Below, piece by piece: positions 29,621-42,554 of a DNA stretch of 64,000 nt. Under the pieces are notes generated by a model. It made no database searches, had not been told where the DNA came from, and was given only the letters and a program-made list of their open reading frames with translations. Where the stretch lies: the NCBI RefSeq assembly GCF_009914755.1, contig NC_060930.1, one strand, 5' to 3'. The DNA is from the human T2T-CHM13v2.0 reference genome, Homo sapiens. The stretch's first letter is position 1, and the number at the start of each line of letters is the position of its first letter. Position numbers and translations under genes: made by a program.

Positions 29621-31898
29621 GACCTTTTGAACAAATGGTGGCCTATAGAGCAAATCATTAATAAAATTATTCTCTAGTGGACTTCTAGTAAGAAAGAAAA
29701 AAGAGAAAATAAATTTTGAGAATGTATTTGGATATGAATAATAAACATGTCAGAGAGAACAAATAGAGAAGAAATTATCAAAAAAATAATTCAATGTATT
29801 TTTAGAAGTTAGGAACATGAATTTCCATATTACAGCACAACAGTTTTAAAAAGGCCAACACAGGTACTATGATTTGTAAACTTAGAATTCTAGAAACAAA
29901 GACAATATCTTAAGAGCTTACAGAGAGAAGAGGAAAAGAAAAGAAAGAGTCTATATGCAAAGTATCTGCAGTAAGTATGTTATAAGATTGTTAAAAGTAA
30001 CTTTTTAGTTACATTATTAGCAATTTTGTTAACTAAGAGATTTTACTGAAATTTAAAAGCTAAAAATCATTGAAAGTTAAAAAGAACCAAAAGCTAAACA
30101 CCTTAAACATTCTAAAAGGAAATGATTCTCAACTAAAATTTTACACCTAGTGAACTTAGTTATCAAGTGTGAGAGGAGACTAATGACATTTTCAGGCATG
30201 TGAGATTTTAAAGTGTTTACTGTTCATGCAACTTTTCTTAGGAAGTTACTAAAGGAGGTGTTTGCTCCAAACACAAGAAAAAACAAAAGGAGGAAAAACA
30301 CGGATTTCAGGAAACAATGGACCCATCCCTGGATGGTAGAAATTGTCAGCAGGCCTCCAGAGCAAGCAGGCAAAACTGGGGTGGGAAGAGGGAGAGGTCA
30401 AAGATAGGGATCAAAAAGAAGATGAAGTTGGTAGGCTATCAGATGGATGAATTTGGAACATGTGCAGGGGCATGAAAAAGAACTTTCATGTTTGGTCTGT
30501 GCACTCATGTGTTACGAAGTTGAATACATGTGAAATTGTAGTGAAAAAAAATTATATAAAAAAATCAGGCTGTAAAAGCATTAAATTCACATTCCTCATA
30601 AAATGGCATCTAAATACGATTTTGTTTTTACCATAAACTGTTTCTGCAGAGTTAATAAGACTACTGATTCTAATGCCTTTTCGCATATTTCAAATTCATA
30701 ATGAAATAACAATAGTGGCACATGGGAGGGGGGTTCTGTTGACTACTTATATTTAAAATTAGTCAATTATATTTATTTGGTTCTTCAACAAACCAAGAAG
30801 TTAATAAATACTTATTTTCCAAAAAAAATTAATTGTTATGGGTATGTGGTAGGTGTATATATTTATGGGGTATGTGAGATATTTTGATACAGGCGTACTA
30901 TGTATAATAATCACATCAGGGAAAATAGGGTACTTATCCCAAGCATTTATCACTTCTTTCTATTATAAACATTCCAATTATACTCTTTAAGTCATTTTTA
31001 AATGAACTATAAATTATTGTTATCTCCAGTCACTCTGTTGTGCTATCAAATAGTAGATCTTACTCATTCTATTTAACTATATTTAGGTACACATTAACCA
31101 TGCCCACACCGCCCCCGCTCCACTACCCATCCCAGCCTCCATTCTACTCTCTATCTCCATGAGTTCAATTGTCTAAATTTTTAGTTCCCACAAATATTAA
31201 GAACATGTGAGGTTTGTCTTTCTGTGCCTGGCTTATATCGCTTAACATAATGACTTCCATTTCCATCCATGTTGTTGTAAACAACGGGATCTTATTCTTT
31301 TTTCTGAGAGTACTCCATTGTGTATAAGTACCTCCTTTTTTTATTATCCATTCATTTGTTGATGGACACTTAGGTTGCTTCCAAATCTTGAGCATTGTGA
31401 ATAGTGCTGCAGTAAACATAGGAGTACAGATATTCCCATGTTTGATACACTGATATTTTTTTCTCTTTTGGCAATATACCTATCAGTGGAATTGCTGGAT
31501 CATATGGTGGTTCTACTTTTAGTTTTTTGAGGAACCTCCATACTCTTCTCCACAGTGGCTGTACTAATTTACATTCCCACCAACAGTGTACCAGGGTTCC
31601 CTTTTCTCCATATATTTGCCAGCATTTATTATTTCCTGTCTTTTGGATAGAAGCCATTTTAACTGGGATGAGATTATATTTCTTTGTAGCTTTCATTTTC
31701 ATTTCTCTGATAATCAATAATGTTGAGCACTTCTTCGTATATGTTTACCTTTTATATCTTCTTTTGAGAAATGCCTATTTGAGCCTTTTGTACATTTTTA
31801 CTTGGATTATTATGATTTTCTTTGCTTATAGAAGCATTTTAACTTAAAATATCCCATTTGTCCATTTTTATTTTGATTTCCTGTGCTTTTGGGGTGTT

Positions 31899-31950
31899 AC
31901 ACACACACACACACACACACAGACACACAGACACACACACACACACACAC
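31899..31950. repeat. (CA)n microsatellite
   Basis: Direct sequence. Confidence 0.95.
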
Positions 31951-32591
31951 AATTTGCCCAGACTAATGTACTGGAAAGTTTCTCCAATGTTTTCTTTTAG
32001 TAGTTTTATGATTTCAGGTCTCAGATTTAAATTTTTAATCCATTTTGATTTGATTTTTGTTTTGTTTTGATTTGATTTTTATATGTATAAAGAAGTCTAG
32101 TTTTATTCTTCTCCATATGGTTGTCCAGCTTTCCCAGCACCATTTATTGATGAAGCTGTCCTTTCTCCAATGTTTGTTCTTGATACCTTTGCTGAAAATG
32201 AATTCACTATAGATGTGTAAGTTTATCTCTGTGTTCCATGTGCTTTTCCATTGGTCTATAGGTCTGTTTTTATGCCACTACCATGCTGTTTTGGTTACTA
32301 GAACTCTGCAGTATAATTTGAACTCAGGTAATGTGATTCTTCCAGTTTTATTCTTTTTGCTCAGGATGGCTTTTGCTATTCTGGGTCTTCTGTGGTTCCA
32401 TATAAATTTAAGAATTTGTTTTCTATTTCTGTGAAAGAATGTCATTGGTCTTTTGATAGAGATTGCACTGAATCTGTAGATGGCCTTGGGTATTATGGAC
32501 ATTTTAACAACATTGATTATTCCAATACTTTAACATGAAAGTGTTTTCATTTTTGGTATTCTTTTCAGTTTCTTGCATGACTGTTTTATAG

Positions 32592-33058
32592 TAGGGGCTC
32601 CCCAAACCCTGGGCTATGGATGGGAGCCATGGCCTGTTAGAAACTGGGCAACACAACGGGTGGTGAGTGGTGGGTGAGTGAGCAAAGATTCATCTGTATT
32701 TATAGCTGCTCCCCATTGCTCACATTACCGCCTGAGCTCCAACTCCTGTCAGATCAGCAGCAGCATTAGATTCTCATAGTACCATGAACCCTACTGTGAC
32801 CTGCCCATGTGAGCAATCTAGGTTGCGTGCTCCTTATGAGACTCTAATGCCTGATGATCTGTCATTGTCTCCCATCACCTCCAGATGGGACCATCTAGTT
32901 GCAGGAAAACAAGCTCAGTGCTCCGACTGTTTCTACATTATGGTGAGTTACATAATTATTTCATTACATATTACAGTATAATAATAACAGAAATAAAGTA
33001 CACAATAAATGTACTGTTCTTTAATCATCCCAAAACCATTCCCCTCACACCAGTCCAT
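32592..33058 (+). mobile_element. MER1A (hAT-Charlie), missing its right TIR
   Basis: taggggctccccaaaccc...cattaccgcctgagctcc...gcaggaaaacaagctcag...aatcatcccaaaaccat; stops at ccagtccat. Confidence 0.9.
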
Positions 33059-34905
33059 CATCGTTATATTCCAGGTCTTAGAGGACAGGCTTTCATCTTT
33101 TACCCTTTCAAGATATACTAGCTGTCTGTCTGTTATACATGACTTTTATTTTGTTGAGGTATGTTCCTTCTAGACCCAGTTTTTTGACAGGTTTTATCAT
33201 GAAGTGTGTTAAATTTTATCAAATGCTTTTTTAACATCAGTTGAGTTTTCATTATAGAGAACTTTCTCTTCTTTGGTTAATTTTATTCCTAGGTATTTAA
33301 TTTTATTTGTATCTATTAAAGTGGTATTACCTTCTTGATTTCTTTTTCAGATTGTTCATTGTTAGCATATAGAAATGCTACTGATTTTTGTATATTGACT
33401 TTGTATCTTACTTTACTGAATTTGTTTATGAGTTCTAATATGTTTTTGGTAGAGTCATTGTTTTTTCCAAATATACAATGATGTCATCTACAAACAAGGA
33501 TAATTTGAAGTCTTCCTTTCCAATTTGGATGCCCTTTATTTCTTTCTCTTTTCTGATGACTCTAGCCAAAATTTCTAGTACTATGTTGAATAATTGGTGA
33601 AAGTTGGCATCCTCGCTGTGTTCCAGATCTTAGAGGAAAGGCTTTTCAGTTTTTACTCATTCAATATTATACTAGCTGTCAGTCTGTCATATATGGCGTT
33701 TATTATGTTGAGGTATGTTCCTTCTAAACCCAGTTTTTTGATGGTTTTTTTTATGAAGTATGTTGAATTTTATCGAATGCTGTTTTAGTATCAGTTGAGA
33801 TGATCATATAGTTTTTGTCCTTCATTCATGTATCACATTGATTGATTTGTGCATGTTGAACCATCTTTGCATCCCAGGAATGAATCCCATTAAGTCATGA
33901 TGAGTGGTCTTTTTAATGTGTTCTTAAATTTAGTTTACTACTGTTTTGTTGAGGATTTTTACATCAACGTTCATCAGATAAATTGAACTGTAATTTTCTT
34001 TTTTTGTTTTGTTTTGGTCTGGCCTGAATATCAGGGTAATATTTGCCTCACAGAGTGAGTTTGGAAATATCTTTTCTCTTCCCCTGTTTTTTGTAGCATA
34101 GTTTCAGTAGGAGAGGTGTTAGTTCTTTATATGTTTAATAATATTCAGCAGTGAAGGCATTGGGTCCTGGGCTTTTCTTTGCTGGGAGACTTTTTATTAT
34201 GGCTTTGATCTCATTACTTGATATCAGTTCATTCAGGTTTTGGATTTCTTCCTGGTTCAATCTTGGTAGGTTGTATATGTCTAGGAATTTGTATACTTCT
34301 TCTAGGATTTCCAATTTATTGGTATATAGTTGCTCATAATAGTCTCAATGATTCTTTGAATTTCTATCAGTTATAATATATCCTTTCTCATCTCTGACTT
34401 TGTTTGATTCCTCCATTTTTTTCTTAGCCTGGCTCAACTAAAATTTGTCAGTTTTCTTTATCTTTTCCCAAAAAAACTTTTAATTTTGGTGATTTTTTTC
34501 ATTTTCTTCACTTCAATTTCATTTATTTCTGCTCTGATCATTGTTATTTCTTTTCCTTTTCTAATTTGGGGTTTGATTTGCTCTTACTTTTTCAGTTCTT
34601 TAAGATATATTGTTAGGTTGTTTATTTGAAGTTTTTCTACTTTTTGATGTAGGCACTTATTGCTCTAAACTCTCCTCTTGGTACCACTTTTGCTGTATCC
34701 AATAGATTTTCGTGTGGTGTATTTCCATTTTCATTTCTTTCAAGAAATTTTAAAATTTCTTTCTTAACTTCTTCATTGACATCAGTCTTGCAAGAGCATA
34801 ATGTTTGATGTTCATGTGTTTATATACATACACATATATATACACACACCACAATGGAGCACCCAGATATACAGAGCAAATACTATTAGAGCCGAAGAGA
34901 GATAT

Positions 34906-35062
34906 ATACATATATACATATATACACAAATAATATATATACACAAACATATTATATATAATACATATATACATATACACATATAATATATATTACATAT
35001 ATATGCATATGATATATATGTGTGTACATATATGTGTGTATATATGTGCATATGTATATACA
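34906..35062. repeat. (TA/CA)n low-complexity tract
   Basis: Direct sequence. Confidence 0.9.
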
Positions 35063-35066
35063 CTCA

Positions 35067-35380
35067 CCATTTGGCCTTTCCCACCATCATAGCCCTCACT
35101 CTACCAGTCAGGGAATTCTGCCAGCTGCTAAGTATGTCTATGCCTATGCCAATTATGCATTCTGGCACTTGGGAAATGACAACAGGATGAGTCCAGGGAC
35201 CGACTGTAAGTCAGACCTGAGCTAAAACTTTATTAATTACCTGACCTCCATTAGCCCCTACTTTACCTGGAGGACCACAATGACGTTTTGGATCCACTGT
35301 AATCAACATCAGTTCAGAGCCAGTGTCCAGTAGTCTCCGAAATGTCTGATCATTTCCTTTTCCCCAGTGCATGCTTACCC
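35067..35380 (-). mobile_element. HERV-L protease segment, inverted relative to pol
   Basis: Minus strand reads HWGKGNDQTFRRLLDTGSELMLI (retroviral aspartyl-protease DTG motif) and ends ...gggaaaggccaaatgg. Confidence 0.85.
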
Positions 35381-38327
35381 ATGCCTCTACCTAGAAAAGT
35401 AGAAATTGAAAGCAATATTGCATCCCTATAGGAATTGTGCAAATTAGTGCCACCTTCAAGGACTTGAAAGATCCAGGAGTGGTGATTCCCACCATATCCC
35501 CATTCAACTCTCCCATTTGACCTATTCAGAAGACAGATAGATCTTGGAGAATGGCACTGGATTATCATGAGTTTAACCAAGTGGTGACTCCAATTGCAGC
35601 TGCTGTACTAGATGTGGTTTCATTGCTTGAGCAAATTAACACATCTCCTGGTACATTGCATGCAGCCATTGACTTGACAAATATCTTTTCCTCCATTCCT
35701 GTCCATAAGGCCCACCAAAAGCAATTTGACTTCAGCTGGCAAGGCCAGCAATATACCTTTACTGTCCTACCACAGGGGTATATCATCTCTTTGGCTTTTT
35801 GTCCTAATCTTATTCAGAGGGACCTTGATCCCTTTTCACTCCTGCAAGATATCACATTGGTCCATTCCATGGATGATATTATGCAGATTGGATCCAGTGA
35901 GCAAGAAGTAGCAAACACACTGGACTTATTGGTGAGATATTTGCATGCCAGGGGATGGGAAATAAATCTAACTAAAATTCAGGGACTTTCTACCTCAGTC
36001 AAATTTCTAGGGGTCCAGTGGTGTGGGGCCTGTTGAGATAGTCTTACTAAGATGAAGGATAAGTTACTGCATTTGGCCCCTCCTACAACCAAGAAAGAGA
36101 CACAATGCCTAGTGGGCTTATTTGGATCTTGAAGGCAACACCTTCCTGATTTGGATGTGTTTTTCCAGCCCATTTATTGAGTGACCTGAAAGGCTGCCAA
36201 TTTTTAATGTGGTCCAGAACAGGAGAAGGCTTTGCAACAGGTCCAGGCTGTTGTGAAAGCTGCTCTGCCACTTGAGCCACATGACCCAGCAGATCGAATG
36301 GTGCTTGAGGTGTCAGTGGCAGATAGGGATGCTGTTTGGAGCCTTTGGCAGGTTCCAATAGGTGAATCGCCGTGGAGGCCTCTAGGATTTTGGAACAAGG
36401 CCCAGCCGTCTTCTGCAGATAACTACTCTCCTTTTGAGAGATAGCTCCTGGCCTGTTAATGGGCTTTTGTGGAAACTGGATGTTTGACTATGGGTCAAGT
36501 CACCATGCCACCTGAATTGCCTATCATGAACTGGGTGCTTTCAGAACCATCTAGCCATGAAGTGGGTTGTGCACAGCAGCATTCCATCATCGAATGGAAG
36601 TGGTGTATAAGTGACCGGACTCGAGAAGGTCCTGAAGGCAAAAGTAAGTTACATGAGGAAGTGGCTCAAATGCCCATGGTCTCCACTTTTGCCACCCTGC
36701 CTTCTCTACCCCAGCCTGCACCAATGGCCTCATGGGGAGTTCCTTATGATCAGTTGACAGAGGAAGAGAAGACTAGAGCCTGGTTCACAGATGGTTCTGC
36801 ACAATATTCAGGCACCACCCGAAAATGGACAGCTGCAGCACTACAGCCCCTTTCTAGGACATCCCTGAAGGACAGCAATGAAGGGAAATCTTCCCAGTGG
36901 GCCGAACTTTGAGCAGTGAACCTGATTGTGCAATGTGCATGGAAGGAGAAATAGTCAGATTTGCAATTATATACTGATTCATGGGCTGTAAGCCAATGGT
37001 TTGGCTGGATGGTTTGGGACTTGGAAGAACCATGATTGGAAAATTGGTGACAAAGAAATTTGGGGAAGAGGTATGTGGATGAGTGGTCAAAAACTGTGAA
37101 GATAATTGTATCTCATGTGAGTGCTCACCAGCGGGTGACATTAGCGAAGGAAGAGTTTAATAATCAAGTAGATAGGATGACCCGTTCTGTGGACACCACT
37201 CAGCCTCTTTCCCCAGCCACCTCTGCCATTGCTCCATGGACCCATGAACAAAGTCGTCATGGTGCAGGGATGGAGGTTATGCATGCACTCAGTAATGTGG
37301 GCTTCCACTCACCAACACTGACCTGGCTATGGCCACTGCTGAGTGCCTAATTTGCCAGCAGCAGAGACCAACACTGAGCCTTTGATATGACACCATTCCT
37401 TGGGGTGATCAGCCAGCTACCTGATGGCGTGTTGATTATATTGGACCTCTTCCATCATGGAAAGGGCAGTGGTTTGTCCTCACAGGAATAGACACTCCAG
37501 ATATGGGTTTCCCTATCCTGCACACAATGCTTCTGCCAAGACTACCATCAGTAGATCACAGAATGCCTTATCCGCTGTCATGGTATTCCACACAGCATTG
37601 CCTCTGACCAGCGCACTCACTTTATGGCTAAAGTGCAGCAGTGGGCTTATGCTCATGGAATTCACTGATGTTACCATGTTCCCCGTTATCCTGAAGTAGC
37701 TGGATTGATAGAACTGTGGAATGGCTTTTTGAAGTCGCAATTATAATGCCAACTAGGTGACAATACTTTACAGGGCTGGGGCAAAGTTCTCCAGAAGGCC
37801 ATGTATGCTCTGATTCAGCATCCAATATATGGTTCTGTTTATCCCATAGACAGGATTCATGGGTCCGGGAATCAAGGGGTGGAAGTAGAAGTGGCACCAC
37901 TCACCATCACCCGTAGTGATCCACTAGCAAGATTTTTGCTTCCTGTTCCTGCGACATTATGTTCTGCTGGCCTAAGTTCCAGAGACAGGAACATTGCCAT
38001 GAGGAGACACAACAATGATTCCACTAAAGTGGAAGTTAAGATTGCCACCTGGACACTTTGGGCTCCTCCTACCTTTCAGTCAAGAGGCTAAGAAAGGAGT
38101 CACAGTGTTGGCTGGGGTGATTGACCTGGACTATCAAGATGAAATCAGTTCACTACTCAATGTAGGTAAGGAAGAGTATGTATGGAATACAGGAGATTCA
38201 TTAGAGTGTCTCTTAGTATTACTATGCCCTGTGATTAAGGTCAATGGGAAACTACAACAGCCCAATCCAGTCAAGACTACAAATGACCCAGACCCTTCAG
38301 GAATGAAGGTTTGGGTCACTCCACCAG

Positions 38328-38358
<31 letters not shown>

Positions 38359-38779
38359 CCACTGAGGTGCTTGCTGAAGGCAAAGGGAATACAGAAGGGG
38401 TAGTAGAAGAAGGTAGTCATCAATACCAGCTATGACCACGTGACCAGCTGTAGAAATGAAGATTGTAACTGTCATGAGTATTTCCTCCTTCTTTTGTTGA
38501 AAACATTTTTGTGCATGTATACACTTGTATTAAGAAAATATCTCCATTTTATTTCTTTTTTCCTTTATTATGTGACATAAGATTTATTGACTTCTTGTCA
38601 GCATTTAAGTATGGTTGACTTATGTAATAGTATTTGGTTTGGGGATTGGTGCACTTCTGGTTGTACGGAGGATAGTTGTATTACATTAGGCGTAATTATA
38701 ACCTCATTATTGTCTTCATTTTAAGATTATGTATGATCTCAGGAGATGTGTATGGGTTCACATTGACAAGGGGTGGACT
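35381..38779 (+). mobile_element. HERV-L internal region: degraded pol (RT, RNase H, integrase), dUTPase and PPT
   Basis: RT ORF 35551-36036 (AAIDL, FTVLPQGY, SMDD at the YxDD position); RNase H WFTDGSA (36469-36912); integrase gattatattggacctcttcca (DYIGPLP); dUTPase ORF 38015-38365 (GVIDLDYQDEI); PPT caaggggtggact before the LTR. Confidence 0.95.
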
Positions 38780-39865
38780 TGTGATGGTTAATACCGAGTG
38801 TCAACTTCATTGGATTGAAGGATACAAAGTATTAATCCTGGGTGTGTCTGCGTGGGTGTTGCCAAAAGAGATTAACATTTGAGTCAGTGGGCTGAGGAAG
38901 GCAGATCCACCCTTAATCTTGTGGGCACAATCTAATCAGCCTCCAGGGAATATAGAAGCAGGAGACACAGGTCTAGCCTCCCAGCCTACATCTTTCTCTT
39001 GTGCTGGATGCTTCCTGCCCTTGAACATTGGACTCCAGGTTCTTCAGTTTTGGGACTTGTACTGGCTCTCCTTGCTCCTCAGATTGCAGACAGCTTATTG
39101 TGGGACCTTGTGATCATGTAAGTTAATACTTAATAAACTCCCTTATATATATATATATATAGTATATATACTATATATATATAATATATATATATAGTAT
39201 ATATACTATATATATATAGTATATATACTATATATATATTATATATATAGTATATATACTATATATATATAGTATATATACTATATATATATTATATATA
39301 TACTATATATATAATATATATATAGTATATATACTATATATATATAGTATATATACTATATATAATATATATAGTATATATACTATATATATTATATATA
39401 TAGTTATATACTATATATATAATATATATATAGTATATTTTATATATATATAGTATAATATATATATAGTATATATATATAGTATATTATATATATAGTA
39501 TATATACTATATATATTTATTATATATAGTATATATACTATATATATTATATATATATAGTATATAACTATATATATAATATATATAGTATATATACTAT
39601 ATATATAGTAATATACTATATATATAGTATATATACTATATATAATATATATATTATATATACTATATATAATATTTATATATTATATATAGTATATATA
39701 TATATTATATATATAGTATATATACTATATATAATATATAAAATAAATATATATAGTATATATACTATATATATAATATATATATAGTATATATACTATA
39801 TATATAATATATATATATAGTATATCCTATCAGTTCTGTCCCTATAAGAGAACCCTGACTAAACA
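38780..39865 (+). mobile_element. MLT2A (A2-like) 3' LTR of HERV-L, with expanded TA tract
   Basis: tgtgatggttaatac...ggattgaaggatacaaagtatt...aataaa...gttctgtccctataagagaaccctgactaaaca. Confidence 0.93.
39144..39825. repeat. ~680-bp AT-rich minisatellite built from palindromic TATAGTATATATACTATA units
   Basis: Direct sequence; the unit equals its own reverse complement. Confidence 0.95.
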
Positions 39866-39898
39866 GTAGGATAACATTTTTTTCTCTTTCAGCACTTT

Positions 39899-40182
39899 AT
39901 TGTTCTTATTTTTTATTTAATTTAATTTATTTATTTTTTTGAGACAGAGTCTTGCTCTGTCACCTAGGCTGGAGCGCAGTGGCACAACTTGGGCTCACTG
40001 CAACCTCAGTCTCCTGGGTTCAAACAATTCTCCCTGCCTCAGCCTCCTGAGTAGCTGAGATTACAGGCACGCATCACCACACCTGGCTAATTTTTGTATT
40101 TTTTAGTAGAGATGGGGTTTTGCCATGTTAGCCAGGCTGGTCTTGAACACCTGATCTCAGGTGATCTGCCCACCTCGGCCTC
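39899..40182 (-). mobile_element. AluS, 5'-truncated by ~40 bp
   Basis: T-rich tail then Alu antisense; TSD ctctttcagc(a/c)cttt at 39884-39898 and 40180-40194. Confidence 0.95.
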
Positions 40183-40267
40183 TTTCAGCCCTTTAAATAT
40201 GTTACGTCACTCTCTCCTGGCCTGCAAGGTTTCCACTGAAAAGTCTGATACCAGATGTATTGGAGCC

Positions 40268-42554
40268 TGATATCATTTGGCAGTGTCCCCACCCAAATCT
40301 CATCTTGAATTCCCACGTGTTGTGGGAGGAACCCAGTGGGAGGTAATTGAATCACAGGGGCAGGTCTTTCCCATGCTGTTCTCATGATAGTGAATAAGTC
40401 TCATGAAACCTGATGGTTTTATAAGAAGGAGTTTCCATGCACAAACTTCCTTTGCCTGCTGCCATCCAAGTAAGACTTGACTTGTTCCTCTTTGTCTTTC
40501 ACCATGATTGTGTGGCCTCCTCAGTCATGTGGAACTGTAAGTCCATTAAACCTCTTTCTTTTGTAAATTGTTCAGTCTCAGGTATGTATTTATGAGCAGT
40601 GTGAAAACAGACTAATACAGTAAATTGGTATCAGTATAGTGGGACACTGCTGTAAATACCTAAAAACGTGGAAGCGACTTTGGAACTGGGTAACAGGCAG
40701 GGGTTGGAACAGTTTGGAGGGCTCAGAAGAAGATAGGAAAATGTGGGAAAGTTTGAAACTTCCTAGCAACTTGTTGAATGGCTTTGGCCAAAATGCTGAT
40801 AGCGATATGGACAGTAAAGTCCAGGCAGAGGTGGTCTCAGATGGAGATAAGAAACTTGTTGGGAACTGAAGCAAAGGTGACTCTTGTTATGTTCTAGCAA
40901 AGAGACTGGCAGCATTTTGCCCCTGCCCTAAAGATTTGTGAACTTTGAACTTGAGAGAGATGATTTAGTATATCTGGCAGAAGAAATTTCTAAGCAGCAA
41001 AGCATTCAAGAGATGACCTGGGTGCTGTTAAAGGCATTCAGCTTTATAAGGGAAGCAGAGCATAAAAGTTCAGAACATTTGCAGCCTGACAATGCAATAG
41101 AAAAGAGCATTTCATTTTCTGAGGAGAAATCCAAGCTGGCTGCATAAATTTGCCTAAGTAACAAAGAGCCGAATGTTAATCTCCAAGACAATGGGGAAAA
41201 TATCTCCAGGGCATTTCAGAGGTCTTCACAGCAGACCCTCCCATCACAGGCTTGGAGGCCTAGGAAGAAAAAGTGGTTTCTTGGGCCAGGCCCAGGGTTC
41301 CTGTGCTGTGAGCAACCTAGGGATTTAGTGCCCTGCATCCCAGCCACTCTAGACATGGCTGAAAGGGACCAACATAGAGCTCAGGCCATGTCTTCAGAGG
41401 ATCCAAGCCTCAAGCCTTGGCTGCTTCCACATGATGTTGAGCCTGTGAGTGCACAGACATCAAGAATTGGAGTTTGGGAGCCTCTGCTTAGTTTTCAGAG
41501 GATGTATGGAAATGCCTGGATGTACAGGCAGAAGTTTACTGCAGGAGTGGGGCTCTCATGGAGAAACTCTGCTAGGGCAGTGTGGAAGGAAATGTGGGTC
41601 AGAGTCCCCACACAGTGTCCCTATTGGGGCACCACATAGTGGAGCTGTGAGAAGAAGGCAACTGTCCCCCAGACCACAGAATGGCAGATCCACAGACAAC
41701 TTGCACCATGCACCTGGAAAAGCTGCAGACACTCTCGCCAGCCTGTGAAAGCATCTAGAAGGAGGAGTATACCCTGCAAACCCACAGGGGTGGAGCTGCC
41801 TAAGGCTGTGGGAGCCTACCTCTTGCATCAGTGTGACCTGGATATGAGACATGGATCAAAGGAGATCATTTTTGGAACTTTAAGATTTGACTGCCCTCCT
41901 GGATTTTGGACAAGAATGGGGTGGGTGGCCCCTTTGTTTTGGCCTATTTCTCCCATTTAGAATGGTTATATTTACCCAATGCCCATACCCCTATTGTATC
42001 TAGGAAGTAACTAACTTGCTTTTGACTTTACAGGCTCATAGGCAGAAGGGATTTACCTTGTCTCAGATGAGACTTCAGACTGTGGACTGACATGTAAATG
42101 CTGAAATGAGTTAAGATTTTGGGGGACTGTTTGGAAGGCATGATTGGTTTTAAAATGTGAGGACATGAGATTTGGGAGGGGCCAGGGGTGAAATGATATA
42201 ATTTGGCTCTGTCCCCACTCAAATGTGGGGACATGTAAATTCCCATGTATTGTGGGAGGGACCTGGTGGAGGTAACTGAATCATGGGGGCAGGTCTTTCC
42301 ATGCTTATTCACTACTCTCCTGACAGTGAGTAAGTCTCAAGAGATCTGATGGTTTTATAAGGGGGACTCTCCTACACAAGCTCTCTTTGCCTGCCCCGCT
42401 CCATGTGAGACATGACTTGCTCCTCCTTGCCTTCTGCTATGATTGTGAGGCCTCCCCAGCCATGTAGAACTGCAAGTCCATTAAACCTCTTTCTTTTGTA
42501 AATTGCCCAGTCTCGGGTATTTTTTTATCAGCAGCATGAGAACAGACTAAATCA
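40268..42554 (+). mobile_element. Complete THE1 (THE1B-like) MaLR element: LTR 40268-40619, internal 40620-42193, LTR 42194-42554
   Basis: Paired LTRs tgatat...gactaataca / gactaaatca; internal MWESLKLP remnant; purine tract gggaggggccagggg; 5-bp TSD gagcc / gagct. Confidence 0.95.
40344..40354 (+). promoter_or_regulatory. DUX4-type motif TAATTGAATCA in the THE1 5' LTR (TAACTGAATCA at 42273-42283 in the 3' LTR)
   Basis: Matches TAAYBBAATCA; THE1 LTRs are established DUX4 targets. Function at this copy is untested. Confidence 0.5.

Larger units (their letters stand above)
26470..30520 (+). mobile_element. HAL1 / old L1M ORF1-type element, fragmented by later insertions
   Basis: ORF1-like pieces at ~28100-28300 and ~29750-30330, including cttaggaagttactaaaggaggtg...caggaaacaatggaccca typical of HAL1. 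Boundaries approximate. Confidence 0.55.

Noticed and set aside
34750-35063. YI/IY-rich ORFs (also 61631-62003 and the HT-rich 31858-32070)
   Set aside because: Translation artefacts of dinucleotide repeats.
38015-38365. dUTPase as an intact or domesticated gene
   Set aside because: It is a standard HERV-L component, N-terminally disrupted and running into a polyA expansion.
39144-39825. CRISPR-like or otherwise coded array
   Set aside because: There are no unique spacers; it is a low-complexity TA minisatellite in human DNA.
35067-39865. HERV-L as an L1-mobilised processed copy (5' truncation plus 5' inversion resembles twin priming)
   Set aside because: The 3' LTR is complete to its terminal CA with no polyA tail or L1-type TSD, and host L1 sequence is rearranged too.
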